From IMG/VR virus record IMGVR_UViG_3300016744_000005, positions 52,369-116,368 of that record: a DNA stretch of 64,000 bases; one strand, written 5' to 3'. A model generated the notes under the pieces. That model did no database searches. It was not told the origin of the DNA and saw only the letters and a program-made list of their open reading frames with translations. The translations under genes and the position numbers were made by a program. Below, piece after piece: positions 55,699 to 64,000 of this stretch (position 1 is the first letter of the stretch; the number at the start of each line of letters is the position of its first letter). The stretch is from a virus. Its lineage: Duplodnaviria > Caudoviricetes.

Positions 55699-56212
55699 AA
55701 TTTATATTCGGTTTACGTAAGTACGTGCAATACTTATACATCAATCCACTGGGCTTATCGATATGGTAGGCATCACCATCTTCAGGGATCATCGGTAAGT
55801 AGTTAGTCATTAAATCGAACGGGAACCAGGTATCAGCTAATAATGCTTCATTATAGATACGGGTAATCAAAACCTCATCTGCTACAGGCACAGCAGCTTT
55901 ATATAACTCACCACCGCCTATGCAGTAGATATCTAACTGCGAGCTATAGTCTTGTGCATATTCGATAGCACGTTGGAAACTTGATACCACTACACACCCC
56001 GGGATAGCCTGTAGTGTACGTGACACGACGATATTCAACCGCTCCGCTAGCGGGTGTCCGATTGATTCATAAGTACGTCGTCCCATGACGACGATCTGAC
56101 CCACAGTTAAAGCACGAAAGCGTTTTAAATCTGCAGCAATACGCCAACACAGATCGTTATTACGACCGATCTCGCCTTTTAAACCGACTGCTGCAATAAT
56201 CTTAATTGACAT
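55697..56212 (-). CDS. folA: Dihydrofolate reductase; start revised to 56212 (MSIKII)
   Basis: IG..N.L.W...DL.RF..LT, VVMGRRTYESIG.PL..R.NIVVSR, IGGGELY, DTWFP. Confidence 0.96.
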   Translation of the reverse strand: MSIKIIAAVGLKGEIGRNNDLCWRIAADLKRFRALTVGQIVVMGRRTYESIGHPLAERLNIVVSRTLQAIPGCVVVSSFQRAIEYAQDYSSQLDIYCIGGGELYKAAVPVADEVLITRIYNEALLADTWFPFDLMTNYLPMIPEDGDAYHIDKPSGLMYKYCTYLRKPNIN

Positions 56213-56306
56213 ATTCCCACTCCGGTGGTTTAAACAAAAAATAAATACCTTAATGGAGTAATACCATAGCCCCCACACATAAAGTGCAGGGACTGGTAAT
56301 TAATAA

Positions 56307-56630
56307 CTAATGTAGTGTAACTGACACTGACAGAGCTTTTAATTGCTCGACGAGTTCGGTTAACTTAGTACGGATCAATTCAAATCGAGCTTGTAGTGAT
56401 TCAATCTGAGCTAATACTGTACGATCTACGGCACTACGTTGGATAGCAGTGACTGTAGTGTACTCGTAGAGTGTACGGGAAAACTGTTTAACCAATTGAT
56501 CTACATCTGCCAGATGCATCACGATGGACATAGAGTTAGCCTGAGTTACTGTAGCGTAACCCCACATAATCGCTTCGTAATGTGGATCTAATTGATCATT
56601 TATGTTTTTAATATCTTGATGGAAGCACAT
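56307..56630 (-). CDS. Hypothetical coiled-coil protein
   Basis: 107 aa; GGAG RBS. Confidence 0.65.
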   Translation of the reverse strand: MCFHQDIKNINDQLDPHYEAIMWGYATVTQANSMSIVMHLADVDQLVKQFSRTLYEYTTVTAIQRSAVDRTVLAQIESLQARFELIRTKLTELVEQLKALSVSVTLH

Positions 56631-56646
56631 AGTAGATTACTCCGTA

Positions 56647-57339
56647 TTAGATTTTAAACAGCTGCCACTGCACATACCCACCATGGAATACGATATGCAT
56701 GGCTTTGCGTACTAAGTGACTGAACTGACACAAAGTCGTATCGGTAGATTTAATTACCTGTAACTCACCGGTATGTGTCCAGGTGACTACTGCTTCCCAA
56801 TCAGTGTCAGTGGCAGGAGTTAGCACTAGTTCTAACGGTAATGGTTGTGCATCTTTCCACAACGTCGGGATAGCACGACCTGGTGCTTTACGACCTGCTT
56901 CAATTAACACCGATTTAATAGGATCTTCTAAGTTATAGAAGAACCGTTGTAATCGATCGAGTTTGTTTAAATCTGCACGAGTAGAGACACCGTCCCAACC
57001 GAGTCCAGCTGGTAGATAAGCCGCAGCATACACGTAATCTGGTAATAACCAGTTACTGATCTCGTCTGGTAAATTGATTGGCTGTTGAGTAAAACTATCG
57101 TGAGTAATTAAGGTGCCGTTAGCAGCGACGATCGATTGTGTATATGTAATATCAGACAATATCCAACGCACGGTATAGACGTGGTCACCAGGCATGGCGG
57201 CTTGCAGGGTATGTCGAGTGTGGAGTAAGCCGGTACGTACACAAGACTGGACCGGACGGACTTCACCTTCTGGAGAGACCACGATTTGCTTGTGGCCAGT
57301 TTTATTGATGATTGAGCCATTGCTGATTAAGATAGTCAT
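56647..57339 (-). CDS. Hypothetical protein
   Basis: 230 aa; AAGGA RBS. Confidence 0.75.
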   Translation of the reverse strand: MTILISNGSIINKTGHKQIVVSPEGEVRPVQSCVRTGLLHTRHTLQAAMPGDHVYTVRWILSDITYTQSIVAANGTLITHDSFTQQPINLPDEISNWLLPDYVYAAAYLPAGLGWDGVSTRADLNKLDRLQRFFYNLEDPIKSVLIEAGRKAPGRAIPTLWKDAQPLPLELVLTPATDTDWEAVVTWTHTGELQVIKSTDTTLCQFSHLVRKAMHIVFHGGYVQWQLFKI

Positions 57340-57361
57340 GAGAGTAGTCCTTTAGCAAACG

Positions 57362-57574
57362 TTAGTAGGATTTAATTATTTCAATATGGCGAGCTAGCTT
57401 TACCATAGATAATACCAGTGCATCGTGATTTGGGATAGTTTGCGCCATGATAGAATTTAAGATAGATTCTGACTCTAATAAACAGTCGTGTAACTCTAAC
57501 TCATTACCAGTTTTGTATGCAGATAATAAAGCTATATCAGCTGCCAGTACGGTAGCAAATGTTAATTGGTCCAT
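57362..57574 (-). CDS. Hypothetical protein
   Basis: 70 aa; AAGGA RBS. Confidence 0.65.
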   Translation of the reverse strand: MDQLTFATVLAADIALLSAYKTGNELELHDCLLESESILNSIMAQTIPNHDALVLSMVKLARHIEIIKSY

Positions 57575-57578
57575 GATA

Positions 57579-57743
57579 TTATTCCTTACTTAGCCAACGT
57601 TTAATAGTCTGCACCCACTCATCATCGCTAGGTACAGTAGGATTACCACGTACACGGTCTACTACCGTGTACGGGAGATTGAAGGTCCTGTGTCTCAGGA
57701 CGTTACCACAGTGTCTACGTTTACCATAGTAGATTGTGAACAT
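57579..57743 (-). CDS. 54-aa basic protein (not in ORF track)
   Basis: MFTIYYGKRRHCGNVLRHRTFNLPYTVVDRVRGNPTVPSDDEWVQTIKRWLSKE; tiles the gap between neighbours. Confidence 0.6.
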   Translation of the reverse strand: MFTIYYGKRRHCGNVLRHRTFNLPYTVVDRVRGNPTVPSDDEWVQTIKRWLSKE

Positions 57744-57744
57744 A

Positions 57745-58143
57745 CTACACCTTAGGGTCTAGAATAAACCCATGTTCAGTAGGACGTGCAGTGAATTGTC
57801 CCGCTACCCCAATACGGTTAACGAAGTAATTAGCTTCGTTAACCGAGAACACTGGATTATTACCCAGAGTGATGTATACCGCTTTTATGATACTATAGCT
57901 ACCTAGGTTCAGATAACTAAAAGTAAAGTCTACTGGTGCACCATTGATTATCCGGCTACCGTAACCTACGATAGAGTTATCGTGAGTGGTGATCTCTTTA
58001 AACTCGATAGCCCCTTCTACCAGCGGTGTGGCGGTGGATGGAGTATCGGATTTAAACATAGAGTATAAACCATACCCTACTGCTGCAGTAGCTACCACAC
58101 CGGCACCGATATACCCAGCTAATTTCCAATTAATATTAATCAT
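57745..58143 (-). CDS. N-terminally membrane-anchored protein; start revised to 58143
   Basis: KLAGYIGAGVVATAAVGYGLY anchor; GGGGAG RBS. Confidence 0.7.
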   Translation of the reverse strand: MININWKLAGYIGAGVVATAAVGYGLYSMFKSDTPSTATPLVEGAIEFKEITTHDNSIVGYGSRIINGAPVDFTFSYLNLGSYSIIKAVYITLGNNPVFSVNEANYFVNRIGVAGQFTARPTEHGFILDPKV

Positions 58144-58145
58144 GA

Positions 58146-58553
58146 TTAAACTCCCCACAGAGTGGCGTTAAAGTATTTATCACTGGACCATTTATTCCAG
58201 AGAGTGTAGGTACTGATCCATTGATTTGATTCCATGCATTTAAGCATGCGTTCGATCAAAGCTTTGTCGATATTAACAAAGCCATTATTACTAGGTTTGA
58301 AATAGTACCGATTACTCTGGTAAGCCCAAACCCCTTCGATAGTGACTAACTCTTTACCGAATGAGTCTTGTGTGACTTCCTGGTATTGTACGACTAAGTC
58401 ACGGCCGTCTTTACGGACCCGAATACGATTAGTACCAGGGGCTAAATGTTCGATGTTAATACGAGTCTCAGTGGACTCGTGTTGAGTTTCAATACGATTG
58501 TTGATTTCTACACCGATACGAATTACGGTGCCTAGCGCGTCTAAGAATGACAT
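58146..58553 (-). CDS. Hypothetical protein with amphipathic N-terminus
   Basis: 135 aa; AAGGA RBS. Confidence 0.7.
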   Translation of the reverse strand: MSFLDALGTVIRIGVEINNRIETQHESTETRINIEHLAPGTNRIRVRKDGRDLVVQYQEVTQDSFGKELVTIEGVWAYQSNRYYFKPSNNGFVNIDKALIERMLKCMESNQWISTYTLWNKWSSDKYFNATLWGV

Positions 58554-58564
58554 GATAATATTCC

Positions 58565-58945
58565 TTATTTTTCAATGATGGTGTAGTGGTTATCAACATA
58601 ATCTTTATATTGACAATATTTATCTAGTTTAAACTCCCGCAGGATTTGCTGGAGAATATCATTAGATAATACACAGGGTTGCACATCACGATCACTTATA
58701 GTTAGTTCGTAACCACTGCCACGTCTTTCCAACACTGCGATATAGTTGCGGGTGTCCTTACCCCAGTACTGACGAGGTGTAACTGTATTGAATATCAATC
58801 TACGGGTGCCATTATCCTGACCCATAGTTAGAGTCTCACCGTAAACTTCTGTACAATCACGGTTACGGTTGTATATTGCTACACCAGTAGCTACTGCGAC
58901 TGTAGCTACGCCTAAACCTAAGGCAACTGCTTTGAATGTGTTCAT
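58565..58945 (-). CDS. N-terminally membrane-anchored protein
   Basis: KAVALGLGVATVAVATGVAIYNR anchor; AAGGA RBS. Confidence 0.75.
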   Translation of the reverse strand: MNTFKAVALGLGVATVAVATGVAIYNRNRDCTEVYGETLTMGQDNGTRRLIFNTVTPRQYWGKDTRNYIAVLERRGSGYELTISDRDVQPCVLSNDILQQILREFKLDKYCQYKDYVDNHYTIIEK

Positions 58946-58983
58946 GAGAGTGATCCTTTTAGCTATCGTTGTGATGAGATTAA

Positions 58984-59157
58984 TTAAGCAAATTTATTAG
59001 GGTTACGACGTTTACCCCAGGGGTTTTCTTTATTGAACATCTCGTCCTGCCACGCACTACGTGCAGCTTTAACTTTTTGCTGGTGTTGATATCGGTTATA
59101 ACCCACATATCCGATTACTGCGCCAACTACTGCTACTCCAGTTAATAATTTATTCAT
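58984..59157 (-). CDS. 57-aa membrane-anchored protein (not in ORF track)
   Basis: MNKLLTGVAVVGAVIGYVGYNRYQHQQK...; AAGGT RBS. Confidence 0.7.
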   Translation of the reverse strand: MNKLLTGVAVVGAVIGYVGYNRYQHQQKVKAARSAWQDEMFNKENPWGKRRNPNKFA

Positions 59158-59167
59158 GATTTTTACC

Positions 59168-59485
59168 TTAGTTTGATTGGAGGTATTCTTGTTTTAACTG
59201 TTCGTATAAATAAGATATGTGAACGCCTACGCTGTGTACACGAGTGCTGGCTAAACGCAGCTGTTTCAATAGTAGATGTTCTTCCAACCCCATTTTACGG
59301 TCTTCTACCCGTTGATTAAACGCACGGATATATGCACTAATACCACGCTGGATATCAGTTAACTTCATTAATTGTTCCACTACGATTTCCAGATCAGTAC
59401 CAACTAATGCTGATTCTACTGCAGTAGTCTGAGTAAGGTAGTTACGGATTTTTGCATTTTCGATTATGAATGATTGAGTAAACAT
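59168..59485 (-). CDS. Hypothetical helical protein
   Basis: 105 aa; first gene after the best early-type motif. Confidence 0.7.
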   Translation of the reverse strand: MFTQSFIIENAKIRNYLTQTTAVESALVGTDLEIVVEQLMKLTDIQRGISAYIRAFNQRVEDRKMGLEEHLLLKQLRLASTRVHSVGVHISYLYEQLKQEYLQSN

Positions 59486-59557
59486 GATAAGTACCTTCGG
59501 CTAACGTTGATAGTTTGAATAGGTTATTAGATAGTTATTATTATCTAACTTCACTAG

Positions 59558-59580
59558 GTAATATATATCTGAGTTATTTT
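59558..59580 (-). promoter_or_regulatory. Early promoter-like motif, best match
   Basis: AAAATAACTCAGATATATATTAC with an AT-rich upstream tract. Confidence 0.75.
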
Positions 59581-59693
59581 TTATTCAAAGCTAAAATCTT
59601 TTTTATTCAAGGACGTTAATCGGATGCTATTGGTAACCTAATAGTAACTAATGATTTAAATTCTATGAGTTATTTTTATACGGAGTAAATAGT

Positions 59694-60653
59694 ATGCTCT
59701 TTTTTAATCCCAATCCGCAAAATGAGGTTTTCGACCTATTACGTTCGAAAAACCCCACGCTGCAGTTAACCGATGCCGAGCTAGCACTCAGTAATATCCA
59801 AACTGATATTAAAGATGCTAATGACCATTGGGATGGTCGTGCGACCCTGTCAATTAACAGTACCGCACTTAACGGTAGTTTAAAGATCGACTATCAACGT
59901 ATTCCATTAGATCGCTTTTTTAATGATGTAGGTGGTGCACAACATATCCCGGTAGTTAAGGTCAATTTAACACCGAATACTACCTATCGATTACCGGATA
60001 TTATCGGAGTTATCAATCAAACTCTAGGCACACATTTCAATCAAAATCCTCAGGCGATCGATTTAGTTGATCAAGATATCGTAACTCCCAACGCTGGCGA
60101 GCATGTAGATATTACGCTAAGTGCAGCCAGTACTTCTATCTTAGCTGCGGCTGGATCTACTCTAAAGATTCGATTAAAGCTATCTGATACTGCCATCGGC
60201 GCTGGTATTGATACTGTTATAACTAATCATTCGCAAACACCCTGGGTGGCCGATGGTCGATTAGTACCTCAGCTAATGATGCGGATGATGGACTTTACTC
60301 GTGAGCTGATGTCACTGACCGCTTATGAAGTTGCTAGCGGTACCATTAGTTTAAATGCAGACACCATATCAGCAATAAGTCCACGGTTAACAGCTAAAGG
60401 TATTCCACTACCTGTGGATTGGATAATCATTACTGGGGTAGAGATTCCAGATGGCGAGAACGAGGTAGCAGCGATAGCTGCATTAACACCAACTGCTGAC
60501 TTACCAGATAATCCGTATATTAATTATAACTACGATTATGTAGTCATCATCCCTGCAGCATTAGGTAATCAGGTAGCTACTGCGACTAGCTTAGCTGGGG
60601 ATTATTATTTCCATCTCAACGTAGGTATCACGGATGTGTACGTACCTGCTTAA
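59694..60653 (+). CDS. Virion structural protein (phiKZ gp130/131-type paralogue family)
   Basis: NP.L, Y.RI.L and C-terminal N.NY.Y...YYFHLN shared with the next two genes. Confidence 0.65.
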   Translation: MLFFNPNPQNEVFDLLRSKNPTLQLTDAELALSNIQTDIKDANDHWDGRATLSINSTALNGSLKIDYQRIPLDRFFNDVGGAQHIPVVKVNLTPNTTYRLPDIIGVINQTLGTHFNQNPQAIDLVDQDIVTPNAGEHVDITLSAASTSILAAAGSTLKIRLKLSDTAIGAGIDTVITNHSQTPWVADGRLVPQLMMRMMDFTRELMSLTAYEVASGTISLNADTISAISPRLTAKGIPLPVDWIIITGVEIPDGENEVAAIAALTPTADLPDNPYINYNYDYVVIIPAALGNQVATATSLAGDYYFHLNVGITDVYVPA

Positions 60654-60665
60654 TAGGAGTTCATA

Positions 60666-61592
60666 ATGTTCAAATTAAACAGCGCTAAGTATGATCTAGC
60701 GACGTTAATCCGTAAACAAAACCCAGAGTTTACTGCACCATTAAACGAGTGGGAATTTGCGATGTTAACCACTGAAACTGATATGCCTGGGAATACCTCA
60801 GTCGTGATCAGTACTGCTAATGGTGGGCTATTACGTTTATACTACGATCGTATTGATTTAGCTGCGGTATCAGCTACTCAGGTAGACTTACCATTAGTAG
60901 AAGAGGAGCTCTATAGACTCAGTGATTTTCTAGACGAGTTATTAGCAACTACCGGAGTCTACTTTATTTTAGGTGGTGTGGATAATGATATCGACGATAT
61001 TGAATTCTTAGCGCCTACTCGTGGCGGTTCAATGACGCTGGAACTAATCGCAGCAGAAACTTCCGTACGATTTGTACCTGGTAGTGTTTGCAGTATAACG
61101 ATACGTAATAAAGGTTTACCGTTATTTGAGTTTGTCGATCAGCGTAGCTTAACCGCTACCACTAGCGGCGGTTGTATTAAAGCAGGTTTATTAGTGCCGT
61201 TAAATGACGTGCGTTTAAATCCAATGGCACTGCTGCGTAGTGTGGATTTCTCTGCTATACTGAGTGATAAGATAGGAGAAGCATTACTGTCGATGCAGAT
61301 TATAGATAATGGTGTATGGGAATTCTCGCTATATCCCGATATATTCACTGCTATTAATGCACAGCTAACTACGCTAGGTATTCCGTTACTACAATCTCCA
61401 GTGGTTTATCGCGGCGATGAGTATAGCGATATAACAACCTTTTTTAATGCTTGGGTACTGAGCACTGCTAACCCAGTACCAGCGTGGGTTAATACCAATT
61501 TTAGATATTGTGTAAAAATATCCCCTATTTACGCAGGGCAGTTAGACACCCCCGCAGCATATGCTACTGATTACTACTTACATTTTAATTAA
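60666..61592 (+). CDS. Virion structural protein, same family
   Basis: NPE, GNT, YDRIDL, NTNFRY, YYLHFN. Confidence 0.65.
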   Translation: MFKLNSAKYDLATLIRKQNPEFTAPLNEWEFAMLTTETDMPGNTSVVISTANGGLLRLYYDRIDLAAVSATQVDLPLVEEELYRLSDFLDELLATTGVYFILGGVDNDIDDIEFLAPTRGGSMTLELIAAETSVRFVPGSVCSITIRNKGLPLFEFVDQRSLTATTSGGCIKAGLLVPLNDVRLNPMALLRSVDFSAILSDKIGEALLSMQIIDNGVWEFSLYPDIFTAINAQLTTLGIPLLQSPVVYRGDEYSDITTFFNAWVLSTANPVPAWVNTNFRYCVKISPIYAGQLDTPAAYATDYYLHFN

Positions 61593-61604
61593 AAGGATAT
61601 CTAC

Positions 61605-64000
61605 ATGAGCGCAGTATTAGACACCACGGTGGCCGGTCTATTAGATCATTTGAACTTACAGTACCCTGAATTACAACTCGCGTTATCGGAGGTACGTTTT
61701 TCTAAGCCGACTGCCAAACCAGCCCAGTGGGCCGGTGAAGCCTTAGCTGGTAACACGTTAATCCGCGTTACGCCGACGGCGACTTCCAGACTATCTGGTA
61801 GTTTAGTCATGGGCTACGATCGATTACCACTGGCTGCCCTATCAGGCATGATCGGCGCTACTATACCAGTGTCTACTAGTACTACTGATATGGCAGGTGT
61901 AATTAGCGATTTGTATCGCTACTATGGTATTGCAGTACAGGTAACTGATTTTGAAGCAGCTAGCATTATCACTGCTGGTGATTTAACTAAGTCGATTACG
62001 CTAACTGCTAAGCCAGAGGCTCTCGGTTGGACTGGTAGTGCCGTATTCGCTATTAAAGCTGCACCCGTCTCAGTCACCTGGACTGTACCAGAAACTGTAC
62101 TCGGTGGTTTTAATTACGTAGACACTGCTTCTACTCCGATGGCAGAGTCATTAACTTACAACATCGACTTTACTGGCGACTACGTTACACTACACCAGCA
62201 GTTAACAGATGGTTTTAATGGTACTACGTTAGCATCAGTTTTAACCAAATATACGAACGTTAATTGGGTAGCTGACGCTGTAGGCGAGTACTCACTGTTA
62301 AACGCACAAGTCGTATTTGCTGGATTAAACTCCACTGCAGGGTTCCCTTTTAATACCAATTACAAATACACCATTATCATTGATTTGGATGGAGCGTCGT
62401 GTACCGGTTTAGCCGGTGCGTTGTTCTTACACTTCAATGATCCAGTAGAGTATTACTTGAATGCTGAGGTATTAAAGAAACTGTCAGTAGATGGTGATGG
62501 TGCCCTGCGTTATGACGGTGTATTAGTCGATAAATCAAGTGAGATATTTACTAATAACGACGTACTGTCTAAATTAACCGTACTCGACGGTGTACTGCAC
62601 TATAACGGGGTGCGTGTTGACACTCCACCTGATGTGCAGTTATCTAATGCTAATACTTTGGTGAAAATCACTGAAGTGGATGGTATCCTTTACTTCAATG
62701 GTGTTCAAGTATCTACGGCAGCACCTATCTTAGATGCTATAGTCCCTGGCGGTACATTGAAAACTGTCGATGGCGCTATCGGTCAATCGCTGCTCATTAA
62801 ATCCGGTACTGGTACTGGTACCTATGGTGGTAACATCACTTTAACTGCTGGCGGGGGTGTTACCTACGGCGGTAATATTTACCTGAATGGCGGGGCTGGC
62901 AATGGCGCTGCAAACAACGGTGGTATAATCCAACTGGTAGCTGGTAGCAACACAACTGGCAGAGGTGGTAATGTCGGTATTACCGCAGGTTCTGGTGGAG
63001 CTAGCACTGGTGGTACAGTTACTATTACCGCTGGTAATAGTACTAATAGCCAAGGTGGTAGCGTTACACTTAATGCGGGTAATGCAGTAACTTCTGGTGT
63101 TGGTGGTAACGTAAATATATCGGCAGGTGGTGCACTCGGTGCTAACAGTAACGGTAATGTCAACTTATCAGTGAAAAACTCAGGTACTGGTGCTGTCGGT
63201 AAGTTTAACTTTATATTAAACACTATCAATAAAGGTTTTATCGATACTGCCGGTCGCTTCCAATTAGACAGTAGTGCGTATGCAGATCAAGGTCGTATGT
63301 TACATATCAAAGGTACTGCACCGCTCATTAATGGTGGTGTGCGTAATAACATGCATCTGATGGAATTATCCTCTGGACTAACTAAATATTTTAGTTGGAA
63401 TACCGGTGGATCTACTTCTGTTACCTCAGGAGATTATAAACATTATCTGGATTTTGGTTCAAATTCATCAGAGCCAACTATTTCAGCATATAACCCGGTC
63501 ATGGTCCGTGCCTTTACACTGATCTCTGCCGGTGGTAGTTGGGGTATGCGTAATATCTGTCAATTTGATCCTGGTAACGCTGCAACAGGTTATCAAAACT
63601 CTGTAGCAGTATTAATTAACCGCACCACACACATGGGTAATGGTGCACTACAGGTTACGGCTGGTGCTGAAATATCAGGTATCACGTATATCACTGGTTC
63701 ACCACTAGCTGCTAAGTTCGTCAGCTCTGGTTATGGTGCACTACAGGTAGTTAATGGCAACGCTGATATTTACAACTCCGGTGCGTCTGAGCTACGTGTA
63801 CGTAGTACTACACCATTAGCCTCTAATATCCGTCAACAGAACTCTGTCTCCGGAGCTACTGCGACCGATGGGATGTTATATACTTACAACGGTGTCAATG
63901 CTGAGCTACGTAACTATGAAGCTGGTAGTATCACATTCGCCACCACTAACGTCAACCGATTCTCATTGCAAGCCACTGGGGATCTGTTACCATCAGCCGG
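61605..64000 (+). CDS. Virion structural protein fused to a fibre-like repeat region; runs off the window end
   Basis: ATG 61605 with AAGGA RBS, open for at least 798 codons; family domain ending LFLHFN, three ~29-aa repeats, then GG-x-x-x-(L/I)-x-AG repeats. Confidence 0.8.
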   Translation, partial: MSAVLDTTVAGLLDHLNLQYPELQLALSEVRFSKPTAKPAQWAGEALAGNTLIRVTPTATSRLSGSLVMGYDRLPLAALSGMIGATIPVSTSTTDMAGVISDLYRYYGIAVQVTDFEAASIITAGDLTKSITLTAKPEALGWTGSAVFAIKAAPVSVTWTVPETVLGGFNYVDTASTPMAESLTYNIDFTGDYVTLHQQLTDGFNGTTLASVLTKYTNVNWVADAVGEYSLLNAQVVFAGLNSTAGFPFNTNYKYTIIIDLDGASCTGLAGALFLHFNDPVEYYLNAEVLKKLSVDGDGALRYDGVLVDKSSEIFTNNDVLSKLTVLDGVLHYNGVRVDTPPDVQLSNANTLVKITEVDGILYFNGVQVSTAAPILDAIVPGGTLKTVDGAIGQSLLIKSGTGTGTYGGNITLTAGGGVTYGGNIYLNGGAGNGAANNGGIIQLVAGSNTTGRGGNVGITAGSGGASTGGTVTITAGNSTNSQGGSVTLNAGNAVTSGVGGNVNISAGGALGANSNGNVNLSVKNSGTGAVGKFNFILNTINKGFIDTAGRFQLDSSAYADQGRMLHIKGTAPLINGGVRNNMHLMELSSGLTKYFSWNTGGSTSVTSGDYKHYLDFGSNSSEPTISAYNPVMVRAFTLISAGGSWGMRNICQFDPGNAATGYQNSVAVLINRTTHMGNGALQVTAGAEISGITYITGSPLAAKFVSSGYGALQVVNGNADIYNSGASELRVRSTTPLASNIRQQNSVSGATATDGMLYTYNGVNAELRNYEAGSITFATTNVNRFSLQATGDLLPSA
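62790..63170 (+). repeat. Gly-rich 14-16-residue protein repeats (beta-helix/roll-like)
   Basis: GGNITLTAG, GGNIYLNGG, GGIIQLVAG, GGNVGITAG, GGTVTITAG, GGSVTLNAG, GGNVNISAG. Confidence 0.8.

Noticed and set aside
57649-57673. Hairpin cgtacacggt / accgtgtacg as a terminator or ncRNA
   Set aside because: It lies within a 54-aa ORF that tiles the gap and has no U tract or TATG tail
2236-63229. Short antisense or nested ORFs in the track (e.g. 12736-13125, 20787-21209, 24738-25250, 27950-28471, 37487-37813, 44912-45370, 62879-63229)
   Set aside because: They overlap well-supported genes, lack an RBS and show shadow-frame composition
1-64000. CRISPR array, tRNA/rRNA genes, transposase or integrase
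   Set aside because: No regularly spaced identical repeats, cloverleaf signatures or recombinase motifs recognised by eye; the palindromes are unique sequences. tRNAscan and Infernal were not run
1-64000. Stop-codon reassignment
   Set aside because: Conserved genes are full length under code 11, and TAA, TAG and TGA all end genes at operon-consistent positions

Overview
This 64-kb window looks like part of a phiKZ-like jumbo myovirus genome (Chimalliviridae-type; inferred from protein motifs and gene order, no search run). Coding is dense and uses the standard genetic code. 1-16.7 kb: conserved core genes (head protein, RNase H, DEDDh exonuclease, virion proteins, signal-peptide lytic transglycosylase, SbcC/Rad50 ATPase, central spike). 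16.8-33.3 kb (+): four paralogous tail-fibre-type genes, a fibre-assembly chaperone, a GH108 endolysin and DUF1353. 33.3-59.5 kb: an almost entirely minus-strand accessory block with host-like dut, tmk, thyA (Vibrio/Pasteurellaceae 283-aa type), folA, sspB, a metallophosphoesterase and many small ORFans and membrane microproteins. 59.7-64 kb (+): three paralogous virion proteins, the last fused to a Gly-rich repeat fibre and cut by the window end. Non-coding signals: a recurring AGATATATATTA(C/T) early-promoter-like motif usually followed at once by a stem-loop, long near-perfect palindromes often trailed by TATG(CTGT), and a ~215-nt structured leader before the secreted transglycosylase. No tRNA, rRNA, CRISPR array, intein, DGR or transposase was recognised. 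The best candidates for undescribed biology are the fibre paralogues with two fixed insertion sites, the structured leader plus secreted muralytic enzyme, and the promoter/hairpin grammar. All remain hypotheses.
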